From Polyangiaceae bacterium (GTDB lineage Bacteria; Myxococcota_A; Polyangia; Polyangiales; Polyangiaceae), in contig CBDCTZ010000015.1 of assembly GCA_965222375.1 (NCBI GenBank), positions 416,001 to 480,000 of the forward strand: a DNA stretch of 64,000 nucleotides, written 5' to 3'. The notes below the pieces were generated by a model that was given only the letters and a program-made list of their open reading frames with translations, searched no databases and was not told the DNA's origin. Positions 10,144-20,588 of this stretch are shown piece by piece (position 1 is the first letter of the stretch; every line of letters begins with the position of its first letter). The position numbers were made by a program, and so were the translations under genes.

Positions 10144-11598
10144 TTGAGTTCACCAAGGCGCTACACTGCCCTGGTGACGCTGAGTTTCAAGCAGTGTGAG
10201 CGGGCGCGCCGAGCGCGGGACCCCCGCTACGACGGTCGCTTCTTCATCGCCGTGAAGACGACGGGGATCTATTGCCGCCCCGTGTGCCCTGCGCCGCAAC
10301 CCAAGACCCGCAACGTCGAGTATTTTCCATCTGCCGCGCTGGCGGCCCAAGCCGGCTACCGCCCGTGTCTGCGCTGCCGACCTGAGACAGCTCCGCAAAG
10401 CCCCAGCTGGCAGGGCACGGTCACGACCGTCAAGCGCGCGGTGCGCTTGATTCACGAGGGAGAGCTGGCAGATCAATCCCTCGCATCTTTCGCGGAGCGG
10501 CTCGGCGTCAGCGATCGGCATTTGCGTCGCTTATTCGATGCCCACGTAGGAGTGTCGCCTCAGGCCTACGCACTGAATCATCGCTTGTTGTTCGCAAAGC
10601 AGTTGCTCGGCGAAACGCGGCTACCGGTGATCGACGTGGCGATCGCGAGCGGATTTTCGTCTCGACGGCGCTTCAACGACGCGTTCCAGCGCCAGTTTGC
10701 TCTCACGCCGCTGCAAATCCGCAAGACTCGCACGCCCGACGATAGCGGCTGCCGCGTCAAGTTGCGCTACCGGCCCCCCTTCGACTTTCGGCAGATGTTG
10801 AGGTTCCTTCGAACCCGCGCCGTGGCTGGCGTCGAGGCCGTCGCTGAGGAAAGCTACTGCCGAAGCTTCGAGTTGGGCGGGCAGCGTGGCTGGTTTTCCC
10901 TCGAGCGGAGCTCGTCGGACAACGCGCTCATGGCCACGGTCCATTGCGACGACCCGCGCTCGTTCTTGCCGGTCGTGCAGCGGATTCGACAGGTGTTCGA
11001 CTTGGACGCTTCGCCCACGGAGATCAGCCGTGCTCTGCGAAAGGACCAGCGGCTGAAAGCCCTGGCGCCAAAGCCCGCAGCGCTACGCCTGCCCGGGATC
11101 TGGAGCGAATTCGAAGCGCTGGTGCGAGCCATGGTGGGCCAACAGATCAGCGTCAAGGGCGCTCGCACCATCTTGTCGCGCCTTTGCGACAAGTTTGGCC
11201 GACCCTTTGCAGCCGGTCCTCGGCTCTGCCGCACGTTCCCCTCGCCCGACGCCTTGGCCGCAGCAAGCTTTACGGACACTGGGCTGACTCATGCCCGAGC
11301 ACGCTGGATTCGCGGCGTTGCCGAGCGCTACGCCGACGGCTTCACCGCGGGCGACGGCGACCTGGACGCCCGAGTGAAAAGGCTGTGCTCCTTGCCGGGC
11401 GTCGGTCCCTGGACAGCCCACTACACCTGCATTCGGGCGCTGCAGGAAAGCGACGCGTTCCCGGCATCGGACCTCGGGATCTACAAGGCGTTGAAATTGA
11501 AGAAGGGCACGCCGCAGCAGACCGAAGCCATCGCCGAGGCTTGGCGGCCTTGGCGCGCCTACGCAGTCATGGGTCTGTGGCAGTCATTGGGAGAATGA
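10144..11598 (+). CDS. alkA: Ada Zn-binding/AraC HTH fused to AlkA DNA-3-methyladenine glycosylase
   Basis: TTGIYCRPVC...RPCLRCRP Ada motif, AraC HTH, HhH-GPD (LPGVGPWTA...DAFPASD) and WRPWRAYA. Start may be the GTG at 10174. Confidence 0.9.
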   Translation: MSSPRRYTALVTLSFKQCERARRARDPRYDGRFFIAVKTTGIYCRPVCPAPQPKTRNVEYFPSAALAAQAGYRPCLRCRPETAPQSPSWQGTVTTVKRAVRLIHEGELADQSLASFAERLGVSDRHLRRLFDAHVGVSPQAYALNHRLLFAKQLLGETRLPVIDVAIASGFSSRRRFNDAFQRQFALTPLQIRKTRTPDDSGCRVKLRYRPPFDFRQMLRFLRTRAVAGVEAVAEESYCRSFELGGQRGWFSLERSSSDNALMATVHCDDPRSFLPVVQRIRQVFDLDASPTEISRALRKDQRLKALAPKPAALRLPGIWSEFEALVRAMVGQQISVKGARTILSRLCDKFGRPFAAGPRLCRTFPSPDALAAASFTDTGLTHARARWIRGVAERYADGFTAGDGDLDARVKRLCSLPGVGPWTAHYTCIRALQESDAFPASDLGIYKALKLKKGTPQQTEAIAEAWRPWRAYAVMGLWQSLGE

Positions 11599-12089
11599 GC
11601 ATGTACTACGATGAATGGAACACACCTTTGGGCCGCGTCATGGCGGTCGCCAGCGACAAGGGGCTCGTGCAGTTCGGCCTGCAACAGTCCAAGAAGCCTC
11701 TGAAGAAGAAGTCAGACTGGCGGCATGACCCGAGCAAGCTGGCGGAAGTGAAACGACAGTTCACGGAGTACTGTGCAGGCAAGCGACAGCGTTTCAACCT
11801 GCGCCTTGACATGCGCGGCACGGACTTCCAGCGCCAGGTGTGGCGGGCCCTGCAGCGCATTCCCTTCGGGAAAACGGCGGCCTACGGAGACATCGCCAAT
11901 GCGATCAACAACCCCAGGGCCGTACGCGCCGTTGGTGCCGCGAACGGTCGGAACCCGGTTTGGGTGATCGTGCCGTGCCACCGCATCATCGGCAAAGACG
12001 GCAGCATGACCGGCTACGGAGGGGGCATCGCTCTCAAGCGGCGCTTGCTCGAGCACGAGCAGAGCGTCGCTTCGGCGCAGGCCAGGTAG
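11595..12089 (+). CDS. ogt: Methylated-DNA--protein-cysteine S-methyltransferase
   Basis: GTDFQRQVW, RAVGAANGRNP and the PCHR active site; ATGA overlap with the alkA stop. Confidence 0.93.
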   Translation: MSMYYDEWNTPLGRVMAVASDKGLVQFGLQQSKKPLKKKSDWRHDPSKLAEVKRQFTEYCAGKRQRFNLRLDMRGTDFQRQVWRALQRIPFGKTAAYGDIANAINNPRAVRAVGAANGRNPVWVIVPCHRIIGKDGSMTGYGGGIALKRRLLEHEQSVASAQAR

Positions 12090-12094
12090 AGCGA

Positions 12095-13156
12095 TCAACT
12101 CGCCCTGCGTACGGGGCGCCCCAAGGGCGGTTCGAGCTCTGCGCCGCCAGCGCTCCTCCAAAGCTCTGCCGTGGTGGCCCATACACCCACGCGTACGGTA
12201 CCGCGATACGGGTCGTCGGGCTCGAGTTCCTCCATCAACGCAGCATGTACCTGGGACAGGCCATGATAGGGCAGCTCCGGCAACAAGTGATGAAGCGCGT
12301 GGTAGCGGGTGCCCACAGGCGTCATCCACCCGGTCGTCCACGTGCTGCCGAGTAGCGTAGCGCTATCGTCGATTTGCTTGGAGAACGACATGGGGCCTCC
12401 TCCTTCGTTCACGTAGAAGTGGCTCACGAGAGTGCGCACCTGATTCAGCGCCAGAGCCAAGGCGAGCATGACCCAGTAGCCAAGCAGCACGCGAAGCGGC
12501 AGCGCGCCGCTCAAAGCCAAACCAGCTACGCTCCAAACGAAGCTCGTCGTTGCGGCCTCTTGCAGCCAAATCCGCCGTCGCTCGTGGCGCCGCGGCATGG
12601 GTCGTCGATATGCTGTATTGGTGACCATCGCGGAACACCGCTCCACGACGAAACGCCGAAGCGGCGGGAACAGAAAGGACAGCGGGCCCAGCACTCCCCA
12701 ACGCAGCACCAGCAGAGACGGCACGATCACGAGCTCGAGCACGGACGCCACCAGCTTGGCCCGCGACCATGTTGGAACATCTGCGTACTCGGGGTCGCCG
12801 TCGGTCCCGTAGGTCGCACGGCTGTGGTGAGCGACGTGGGAGTCGATCATCAGACTGGGCAGTAACGCGGGGATCCCGATCAGGATGTGCCACGCGATAC
12901 TGAAGCCCGGCACGACCCCAGGGCGGAAGTGGGACAGCTCGTGAATGAAGTACGTGGCGCGCCAGAGCAGGAGCGCACTGCCAAAGATAGCCGGCACTGA
13001 CAGGAGGATTGGCGTCGCAGGAGCGACCGCAAGCGTAAGCAACGCCCAGCCCGCCACCGCGCTAGCGGTCATGTCCGTCCAATAGACCCAAGGGCGCGGC
13101 ACGAGCTGGGCGGCAAAGCGACGGCGCAACCCCGCAACATCCGACGTCGAGAGCAT
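12095..13156 (-). CDS. Membrane fatty acid desaturase family protein
   Basis: His boxes HELSH, HVAHH and HALHH; transmembrane segments. Confidence 0.85.
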   Translation of the reverse strand: MLSTSDVAGLRRRFAAQLVPRPWVYWTDMTASAVAGWALLTLAVAPATPILLSVPAIFGSALLLWRATYFIHELSHFRPGVVPGFSIAWHILIGIPALLPSLMIDSHVAHHSRATYGTDGDPEYADVPTWSRAKLVASVLELVIVPSLLVLRWGVLGPLSFLFPPLRRFVVERCSAMVTNTAYRRPMPRRHERRRIWLQEAATTSFVWSVAGLALSGALPLRVLLGYWVMLALALALNQVRTLVSHFYVNEGGGPMSFSKQIDDSATLLGSTWTTGWMTPVGTRYHALHHLLPELPYHGLSQVHAALMEELEPDDPYRGTVRVGVWATTAELWRSAGGAELEPPLGRPVRRAS

Positions 13157-13270
13157 GTTCTGACGCTAGCGGTCGAGCAGCGACCGAGCATTGACCTGAC
13201 GCGCCGGGCCGTTGACCCACTGCGCCGCGTTGACGCGCCGCGCTAGCAGGAGGCACCCTAGGGCCCGGCG

Positions 13271-14275
13271 ATGGAGCGATGGATATCGGCCCTGTGGACC
13301 GAGCGCCTGATCGAGGTGGCCAAGGGTAGAGGCATCGACACCGCTCCGCTCTGGAATATGTCGGGACTCGCGCCGGGTAGCCCTGCGGACGCCCGAGTGT
13401 CTGACGCAGTGCATCTCGCCCTATGGGACGAGGTAATCCGTCAGAGCGACGCAAGCTTCGCGATTACCTATGCCCGCAGCATGCGCCTCGACGACTACGA
13501 GGCCCTAGGCCTGGCGTGCAAGACCGCTGAAGACCTCGGCGCCGCGCTGGAGCGTCTGGCTCGCTACCTGGCGCTGTGGACCAATGCCGTGGATTTTCAG
13601 TTCGAGCAGGAGGGCGAGAGTGCCCGAGTCGTGCTCAGGCGCGCCGGCGCTACTACGCCGGGTTATCGCGCAGCGATGGAGTCATCCGTCGCCGAACTCG
13701 CCAGCAGCATTCGCTCGCTTGCGGCAGCGCCCATCGACATGAGCACAGTGAGCTTTGCGCATCCTGCGCCTTCCGATCTCGCGGCCCATCGCGAGCATTT
13801 CCAATGCAAGCTGCGGTTCAACGCCACGGAATACAGCATCGCGCTGCCGCCCAGCAGCCTGAAGACACGCCTGCGCCTCGCGGACCCGGGGCTGTCGCAA
13901 TTCATGCTGGCTCATCTCGAGGAGCGCGCGGCGGCGGCGGCAGGCGACGCCTCTTTGCTCGCTGACGTCGGCGACGCCATCAGCCGCGAGCTGCCCAGTG
14001 GCCCGCCTCACGTCAAACGAGTGGCCGCCCGGCTAGGATTGAGTCCTCGCACACTTCAGCGGCGCCTGCGCGAGAGCGAAACCAGCTTTCAAACCGTCGT
14101 CACGGAGACACGCCAAGTACTTGCGCGACAAATGCTCTTGGGCACGACGCACTCGCTCCCAGAAATCGGGTTCCTGCTCGGTTTCTCCGAACCCAGCGCT
14201 TTTCACCGCGCGTTCCGCCGCTGGTTTGGGGTCACCCCGGCGGCGTTTCGCAAAAGCGGCGGCGCGCTCCCCTGA
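13271..14275 (+). CDS. AraC-family regulator (Arabinose_bd_2-type N-terminus)
   Basis: C-terminal VAARLGLSPRTLQRRL...LLGFSEPSAFHRAFRRWFGVTP; divergent from the desaturase. Confidence 0.92.
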   Translation: MERWISALWTERLIEVAKGRGIDTAPLWNMSGLAPGSPADARVSDAVHLALWDEVIRQSDASFAITYARSMRLDDYEALGLACKTAEDLGAALERLARYLALWTNAVDFQFEQEGESARVVLRRAGATTPGYRAAMESSVAELASSIRSLAAAPIDMSTVSFAHPAPSDLAAHREHFQCKLRFNATEYSIALPPSSLKTRLRLADPGLSQFMLAHLEERAAAAAGDASLLADVGDAISRELPSGPPHVKRVAARLGLSPRTLQRRLRESETSFQTVVTETRQVLARQMLLGTTHSLPEIGFLLGFSEPSAFHRAFRRWFGVTPAAFRKSGGALP

Positions 14276-14300
14276 ACGCGGCGCACGGCCTCGAGCGAGC

Positions 14301-14687
14301 TCACTTGATCTTGCTGCATATCTTGCCAGGTCCGTCGTGGATCATACTGCACTCCATTCCATCAGGACACGAGTCGCCCTTGCCACAAGGCACCCAACAC
14401 TCCTTGCGCCCGGAGCCCGGCGCACGACCCACAACGTAAATGCACTTTTCCGGCGCCTTGCACACGGAGTCTCCACAGGTCTCCTCGGCTGGCTCCGCAA
14501 CAGGCTCCACGGGTGCCTCGGGCTTGGGCTCGGGCGCGGATTCGGGCTCGGGCTCAACGGCGGGTTCTTCTGCGGGCACCTCGCTGGGAGGTGGGGCGGA
14601 AACCTCCGGCGGCGTCTCCGGTGGAGCTTGGCCAGCGCCACCGCAACTGACAACCCATAGGCAGAACGCTAGAGTGCAGATCTTCAT
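14301..14687 (-). CDS. Small Pro/Glu-rich, Cys-containing lipoprotein
   Basis: Signal peptide with VVSC lipobox, P/E linker and Cys-rich C-terminus. Confidence 0.7.
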   Translation of the reverse strand: MKICTLAFCLWVVSCGGAGQAPPETPPEVSAPPPSEVPAEEPAVEPEPESAPEPKPEAPVEPVAEPAEETCGDSVCKAPEKCIYVVGRAPGSGRKECWVPCGKGDSCPDGMECSMIHDGPGKICSKIK

Positions 14688-14743
14688 GCGTCAGAGCATA
14701 CACGGCATCGGCCCGAATGGCGCGTACGACGCCGGACTCGGGC

Positions 14744-14842
14744 TCAGGGATGCAAGTCCTCGCAGGCGCACAGCACGCGACGGATCAAGCGGTAGTTCTC
14801 CTCGTATTGTGCGTTGGAATGCCGCACAGCGAAGTAGGCCTC
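14744..14842 (-). pseudogene. Orphan 3' end homologous to the C-terminus of the 27249..28463 gene
   Basis: Encodes EAYFAVRHSNAQYEENYRLIRRVLCACEDLHP* versus QAYFAVRHSNAQYEENYRLVRRALCECDDSQP*. Confidence 0.85.
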
Positions 14843-15173
14843 GCTGTTGAAAGCCGCTCTCCAGTCGTAGTTCTCAGCGGAGCTGTACCAAACTTGGGTC
14901 CGACTTTAGCGCAGGGAACACAGCGACAATTCGGCCCTCATTGACCGAGCTTTGACAGGGGGAGAGAGGGTCGATAGGGCAGCCGGCACTTGACGTCGCC
15001 GCTCAGCCCACCGCGCTTCGCGAAGGACAAGGTCGCGTTCGACGCAGTGCTCGAGGGAATCAAGCTCATGGTGTGTCCGCACTGCCGTCGCACAACAAGC
15101 TCGGCCTTCTCAGCTCTTGAAGCGACTATCTGCCCGGCTGTTCATGCCGAGACCTGCTTCTGACGCCGCGCTA

Positions 15174-15225
15174 GTGGATCACTTTTCGTGCATGCAAGTG
15201 GCTCACTTTCTCATGCATGCTCACA
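15174..15225 (+). mobile_element. Isolated IS21-like terminal end
   Basis: Tandem GTGGATCACTTTTC / GTGGCTCACTTTC repeats ending in ...TCACA. Confidence 0.5.
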
Positions 15226-15306
15226 GCAAGGCCGCCACCGTCGGGCAAAGTCGTCGCGCTTCCCGTGCTTGGCGGCTTGCACCACGACTACCGACGCGCT
15301 GCTTGA
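15226..15306 (+). pseudogene. C-terminal remnant of an integrase-core (rve) transposase
   Basis: Translates PSGKVVALPVLGGLHHDYRRAA*, the typical LGGLHHxY tail. Confidence 0.6.
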
Positions 15307-15592
15307 GCACGTGCACGTGACTGCTTGCACCGCGTGCGAAGCCACACGTGCGTCTTTCACCTGGTTGCCCTGCCGCGAATGCTCCCAACAGCGTCGCGAC
15401 CGAGTTGCAGCTGCGCCTGCCCCGTTGTGTCTTGTGCTACTGCTGCTCAGCTGTCCAGAGCACCACGTCATCGAACTGTCCTGAGATGACTTTTTGCGGA
15501 GTACGGACCGCGATGCTTTGGGCGGCGCTTGGGCGCCGGAGCCGAGCTTTCGACGTGCGGTCTACGCTGCGTCTTGCCTAGACTGCTGGCGT

Positions 15593-15841
15593 CTAGCGAG
15601 CGAAGACGTCGTCCAGAGAGTCGAAGGTGATGATGCGCTCTGCGTAACGCTCCAGCTCTTCGATAGAGCTGCTTTGCACACGCGAAGTCTGCTCCGCAGA
15701 GAGAGCCCCAAACTTCAGTGTGAGTAGCTTGAGCACGATCTCGGCTTTGCCTTCGGCCTTGCCTTCGGCTTTGCCTTCAGCTTTGCCTTCGGCCTTGCCT
15801 TCGGCTCGTGCTTCCTGGGTTAGGATCTGTGCTCCAGTCAT
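15593..15841 (-). CDS. Putative intragenic small Rpn C-terminal protein (82 aa), in frame with copy 1
   Basis: Internal GGAGG-AAGCATTC-ATG in front of MTGAQILTQEAR(AEGK)5. Confidence 0.55.
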   Translation of the reverse strand: MTGAQILTQEARAEGKAEGKAEGKAEGKAEGKAEIVLKLLTLKFGALSAEQTSRVQSSSIEELERYAERIITFDSLDDVFAR

Positions 15842-16591
15842 GAATGCTTCCTCCAGCCTTGGGCCAAGTTGCCGAAACAGTTGCCGGGTCTCCTCGGGTT
15901 TCGTTTCGCTGGTGTGGAGAATATAGCGCACCAGCGCCGCCAATGCCGCTACCCCATTGGGGGCCGTGCTGGCTTGTCGCAACAGCTCCTGCCAGGCCAG
16001 CAACTTCGGCATCAGATCCACCTGTTTGCGCGCCTGGCTGAAGCTCAGCAGCGTCAGCCGGCCCAGCGCCGTCATCACCCGGGACTTGAGCGCCTCGGAC
16101 TCGGCTGCTGACAGGTCGTCCAGCAGGTACTCGAAGCGGGGCAGCAACGGTCGGAGTAGCTTCAAGGTCTCCGGCTCCAAGTCCAGAAGGTCGTGAAACT
16201 GCCGCGGGGCTTTCCAGCCGTCCTCGCTGTGGTGGACCACCATCGGGATGATGGCGGGCAAGAGCTTGGCTTTGGGGTGGTCCTTGAGATAGTCGTCCCA
16301 GAGCCGGACCATGTACGACAGCAGGCGAAAACCCATCAGGTCATCCGACGTGCTCTGGTGTTCCAGAAGCAGATAGAGCACGACCTGTCGCCCGTCGAGT
16401 TTGACCGAAAAGGCCACGTCGGCTCGCCGTCTCGAGTACTCCTCGTCGATGAAGTTTACGTGCAGCTTTTGCAGCGTCTTCCAGTCGATGCGCTTGCTTA
16501 CTTCCGGTGGCAGCAAGTGCTTGAGCTCGCCGACCGCGTTGTCGGGGTCGGAAAACACCAGCTGGAACAAGTCGTCGTGCGGCGTTTTCAT
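15593..16591 (-). CDS. Rpn/YhgA-like PD-(D/E)XK nuclease (Transposase_31 family), copy 1
   Basis: PHDDLF, ADVAFSV, YLLLEHQS, LPAIIPMVVHH and AEGK repeats. Confidence 0.9.
   Translation of the reverse strand: MKTPHDDLFQLVFSDPDNAVGELKHLLPPEVSKRIDWKTLQKLHVNFIDEEYSRRRADVAFSVKLDGRQVVLYLLLEHQSTSDDLMGFRLLSYMVRLWDDYLKDHPKAKLLPAIIPMVVHHSEDGWKAPRQFHDLLDLEPETLKLLRPLLPRFEYLLDDLSAAESEALKSRVMTALGRLTLLSFSQARKQVDLMPKLLAWQELLRQASTAPNGVAALAALVRYILHTSETKPEETRQLFRQLGPRLEEAFMTGAQILTQEARAEGKAEGKAEGKAEGKAEGKAEIVLKLLTLKFGALSAEQTSRVQSSSIEELERYAERIITFDSLDDVFAR
15746..15805. repeat. 12-bp tandem repeat x5 (AEGK)
   Basis: Five (T/C)TTGCCTTC(G/A)GC units counted. Confidence 0.9.
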
Positions 16592-16723
16592 GGCCGGACT
16601 CTACACCCCACAGCCACTTTTGCGGTGGGGAGTTCACAGGCTCACCAGGCTGCTCCGCTTCCTGCAACGTCGCACGCGACGAGCACGTTCCGACGGCGGC
16701 TCGACGGCGATGGCTGGCGTCCT

Positions 16724-16920
16724 GCCCGCCCCAGCGGCCGGGCCTCGCCGAAGGCGCGCACGCCGCCCGCCACGCTCCGCGATGTCGGGCGAGCGGTCCG
16801 GAAGCGGTCGCTGCCGTTTCGGCGGCTGAGCTCCCTCGAGCGTGTCATGCGGCCTGTCCCCCGTCGGGGATTCCCAAGGGTCTCGCGATGGGAGGGCAAG
16901 GCCCAGCCGCTGGGGCGGGC
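16724..16920 (+). ncRNA. Putative structured RNA/leader, copy 1
   Basis: 15-bp perfect terminal IR GCCCGCCCCAGCGGC; internal UUCG hairpin that covaries with copy 2. Confidence 0.4.
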
Positions 16921-17082
16921 TGGGAGGTATGTCACGGCTCGGCCTATGAGATCAGGCCTGGCTCGGCCAAGCGAACCCACCTGAGTTCGGCCAAACAAAC
17001 CGCGCCTGGCTCGGCCAAACAAACCGCGGCGGGGGCCGAGAGGCACTGGACAAATGTAGAGCATGGCGATGGTCTGGCTGCC

Positions 17083-18678
17083 ATGACGGCACAGAGGACG
17101 GACATGCACAGACTTGAGGAATTGGTGCGGCTTCACCGCCAGGGCGTGGGCAACCGCAAGGTGGCCCGGCTGTTGAAGATGGGCCCTGCCACTGAGCGGA
17201 AGTACCGCAGGGCATTGATGGAGGCGGGCCTGCTCGGTGGGGCAGTGGACGACATCCCGTCGCTCGATGTGTTGCGTGCGGCGGTGATGGCGCACGCGCC
17301 GCCGAAGCCGGCACCGCAACAAGAGTCGTCACTCGAACGGTGGCACGCCCAAGTCGAAGCGAAGCTGGACGACGGCTTGGGCGCCACGGCGATCTTCGAT
17401 CGTCTCCGCACGGAGGAGACCGATTTCCGCGGCAGCCTTTCGGCGGTGAAGCGTCTAGTGGCGAGCATCCTCCGCGAGCGCGGGCCGACTCCGAACGATG
17501 TCGCGATCCCCGTCGACACGGACCCCGGAGAAGTGGCGCAAGTGGACTTTGGCTACGCCGGGTATCGCATCGATCCCGTCACGCGGAAGCTTCGCAAGAG
17601 CTGGGTCTTCGTGATGGTACTGGGCTACAGCCGCCACCAGTACAGCGAAGTGGTATTCGACCAGCGCACGGAGACGTGGATTGCTCTGCATGAGCGTGCA
17701 TTTCGAGCGCTCGGCGGCGTAGTGCGAGTGGTAGTGCCTGACAACCTCAAAGCGGCCGTGATTCGCGCCGCCTTTGGCATCAACGACATGACGAGCGAGC
17801 TCAATCGCAGCTACCGGGAGCTGGCACGACACTACGGTTTCATCATCGATCCGACGCCACCGCGCGCGCCCAAGAAGAAGGGCAGGGTGGAGGCCGGGGT
17901 GAAGTACGTCAAGAACAACGCGCTGAAGGGGCGCGATGGCGAAGAGCTCGACGTCACCAATCGCTACCTGGTGACCTGGGTGCGAGAAGTCGCGGGCAAA
18001 CGCATACACGGGACCACGGGCAAGCGCCCGCTCGAGGTCTTCGAGACCGAGGAACGCCCAGCGCTGATGCCGCTGCCCGTCACGCCCTACGAGCCAGTAA
18101 TTTGGAAACAGGCGACCGTGCATCGAGACAGCCACGTGGTGTTTGCGAAGCGGATGTACTCGGTCCCGTGGCAGAACATCGGCCGGCGAGTTTGGCTACG
18201 GGTCACAGCGACATCGGTGGCGGTGTACTTCGACGACCAGCGCATTGCGACCCATCCGCGCCGAGGCAAGGGCCTGCGCAGCACGCTGGAGTCCCACCTG
18301 CCCGCAGAGCGCGCCGCATTGCGACACCGCAGCCGCGAGTACTGGGAGCAACGCGGCGACCGACTTGGCGAAGATGTCGGCCGCCTCGTGCGTGAAGTCT
18401 TCGATTCTGACGACGCCTTGTCTCAGCTGCGCCAGGTGCAGGCAATCGTGACCCATCTCGAACGATTCCCCGTCGAGCGCGCCCGGGCAGCGTGTCGCCG
18501 AGCGAGCTTCTACGGAAGCACGCGCTACCAGACGATCAAGAACATCCTGACCCAGGCGCTCGACCTCCAGCCGATGCCTACGACGCGTCCGGCAGCAGCG
18601 GTCTGGGCGGATGGTCCACCGCGTTTCGCACGGACCCACGAGCGGGCCAAAGAGGAGGGCAGCGATGAGCGTCATTGA
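17083..18678 (+). CDS. istA: IS21 transposase
   Basis: PGEVAQVDFG, VPDNLKAAV, KGRVEAGV (DDE) and YSVP motifs. Confidence 0.92.
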   Translation: MTAQRTDMHRLEELVRLHRQGVGNRKVARLLKMGPATERKYRRALMEAGLLGGAVDDIPSLDVLRAAVMAHAPPKPAPQQESSLERWHAQVEAKLDDGLGATAIFDRLRTEETDFRGSLSAVKRLVASILRERGPTPNDVAIPVDTDPGEVAQVDFGYAGYRIDPVTRKLRKSWVFVMVLGYSRHQYSEVVFDQRTETWIALHERAFRALGGVVRVVVPDNLKAAVIRAAFGINDMTSELNRSYRELARHYGFIIDPTPPRAPKKKGRVEAGVKYVKNNALKGRDGEELDVTNRYLVTWVREVAGKRIHGTTGKRPLEVFETEERPALMPLPVTPYEPVIWKQATVHRDSHVVFAKRMYSVPWQNIGRRVWLRVTATSVAVYFDDQRIATHPRRGKGLRSTLESHLPAERAALRHRSREYWEQRGDRLGEDVGRLVREVFDSDDALSQLRQVQAIVTHLERFPVERARAACRRASFYGSTRYQTIKNILTQALDLQPMPTTRPAAAVWADGPPRFARTHERAKEEGSDERH

Positions 18679-19431
18679 CGAACTCGTGCCGCTACTGAAG
18701 AAGCTGAAACTCAGCGGCGTGTTGCACTCACTGGAGCTGCGTCTCAGCGAGGCGGTCGAAGACAACTTGGCTTTCGAGGAGTTTCTGTTTCGACTCTTCA
18801 AAGACGAGATCGAACGGCGCGAGTGCAAACAACTGCAGCAGCGGCTGCGCCGGGCGAACTTCGAGCATCGCAAGACGCTCGAGGACTTCGACTTCCACTT
18901 CAACCCTGACATTCCGAAGTCGAAAGTCTTGGACCTTGCGACCTGCAGTTTCGTCGAGCGCCACCGCAACGTGCTGCTTCTGGGGCAGACCGGCGTGGGC
19001 AAGAGCCACATCGCGCAGGCCATTGGTCACAGAGCCTGCCAGGCTGGACACGGGGTGCTCTACATCGAAGCTCATGATCTCTTCAAAGAACTACGTGCAG
19101 CTAGGGCAGACGACAGCCATGGGCGCAAGATGGCTCGCTTGACCATGGTGCAGCTGCTGATCATCGACGACCTGGGTCTACGCCCCCTCGTCGACGAGGG
19201 CCCATGGACCTCTACGACCTGATCCGCCTGCGCTACGAACGCGCCGCAACCGTGATCACCTCGAATCGGGACACGGACGAGCTCGCCAGGCGCTTCCCGG
19301 ACGAGCTCCTGGCCAGCGCGGCCATGGACCGCTTGCTACACGACGCACACGTCCTACGTCTGACCGGCGACACCTATCGAAACCCGCGCAAGAAGAAACC
19401 CAAGAACCAGAAGACGGAGGCAACGACATGA
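18665..19431 (+). pseudogene. istB: IS21 helper ATPase with a frameshift near 19200
   Basis: Walker A GQTGVGKS and IIDDLG in one frame; DLYDLIRLRYER..ITSNR..DRLLH continues in another frame. Confidence 0.85.
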
Positions 19432-19572
19432 ACACCACCAAACGGAATCGCGATCCGTTTGGCCGAGCCAACTTCGCCAGGGCGTACCTGCTTCAGGCGG
19501 TCGCGTTGACACTCGCGATCACCGGATCAGCTTGGCCGAGCTGGGCGCGATCAGGTAGGGCGAGCGTTGACA

Positions 19573-20588
19573 CTCCGCAGACCATCGCTCGCTGGATGAA
19601 GCGTCTCGACCACGACGGGCTGGATGCTCTGTTGGCGCTGCGCGAGCCCGTCAACCGCTTCCCGGACTTCGTCCGGGAGACCGTCCGGGCGCTGCGCGCC
19701 ACTTTTCCCAGCCTGGGTGTCAAACGCATCGCAAACATCCTCGCTCGCGCTGGCGTACATCTGGCAGCCTCGACCGTAGGCCGGATCTTGAAAGAAGAAC
19801 CTCCGTCGGAGCCGAGTCCGGGCGCTCAAGACCAACCTACCGACGACGAGGGCGTTGGCGAAACCGAGACCCACGCGACTGCCACCGGCGTCGTTACAGC
19901 TCGCTATCCCCATCACCTCTGGCACGTCGACCTCTCTCTCCTGCCGAGGGTATCCGGCTGGTGGGTTTCCTGGGTCCCACATTCGCTGAAACAAGCCTGG
20001 CCCTTTTGTTTCTGGATCGGCGTCGTGCTCGATCACTTCTCTCGCTCCGTCGTGGCTTGGCGACTGTACTTGTCTCAACCCTCCGCCAAGCAGGTCTGCT
20101 CCCTGCTCGAAAAGGCTCGACACAGTGCGGGCCATCCGCCCAAACACGTCGTGACCGACCGCGGACCGCAGTTTGCCAAGAAGTACAAAGCCTGGTGCAA
20201 GCGCCGTGGCGTCAAGCCGCGCTTCGGCGCCATCGGCCAGAGCGGTAGCATCGCCATCATCGAGCGCTTCTTTCGCTCTCTCAAAGACGAGATGCTCTGG
20301 AGACTTCCGGTCCTGATGCTCTCCTTGCCGAAGATGCGTGCCGAGGTCGCTGCCTACGTCGAGTGGTATCATGAGCATCGGCCGCACATGGCTCTCGGTG
20401 GCGCCACCCCTGCGGAGTTTCGTGATGGGCGTACGCCCGCGCGTGACCTGCCCCGCTGGGAGCCTCGCGCGAGCTTTCCGCTCCCGCGAGGCGACCCCGC
20501 CAAGCGCGTTGCGGGTTTGCACCTCGTGACCGATCGCGTCCAAGGCCGCAGCCACCTGCCCATCGTCTCGCTCCGCGACGCTGCTTGA
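19573..20588 (+). pseudogene. 5'-truncated integrase-core (rve) DDE transposase, paralog of 24373..25728
   Basis: From PQTIARWMKRLD onward it aligns with the intact copy. The N-terminus of ORF 19428 is IS21 end sequence. Confidence 0.85.

Larger units (their letters stand above)
16930..19572 (+). mobile_element. IS21-family insertion sequence
   Basis: Ends TGTCACGGCTCGGCCTA and (rc) TGTCAACGCTCGCCCTA match at 14/17; multiple subterminal GGCTCGGCCAA repeats; istA plus istB. No target-site duplication seen. Confidence 0.85.
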
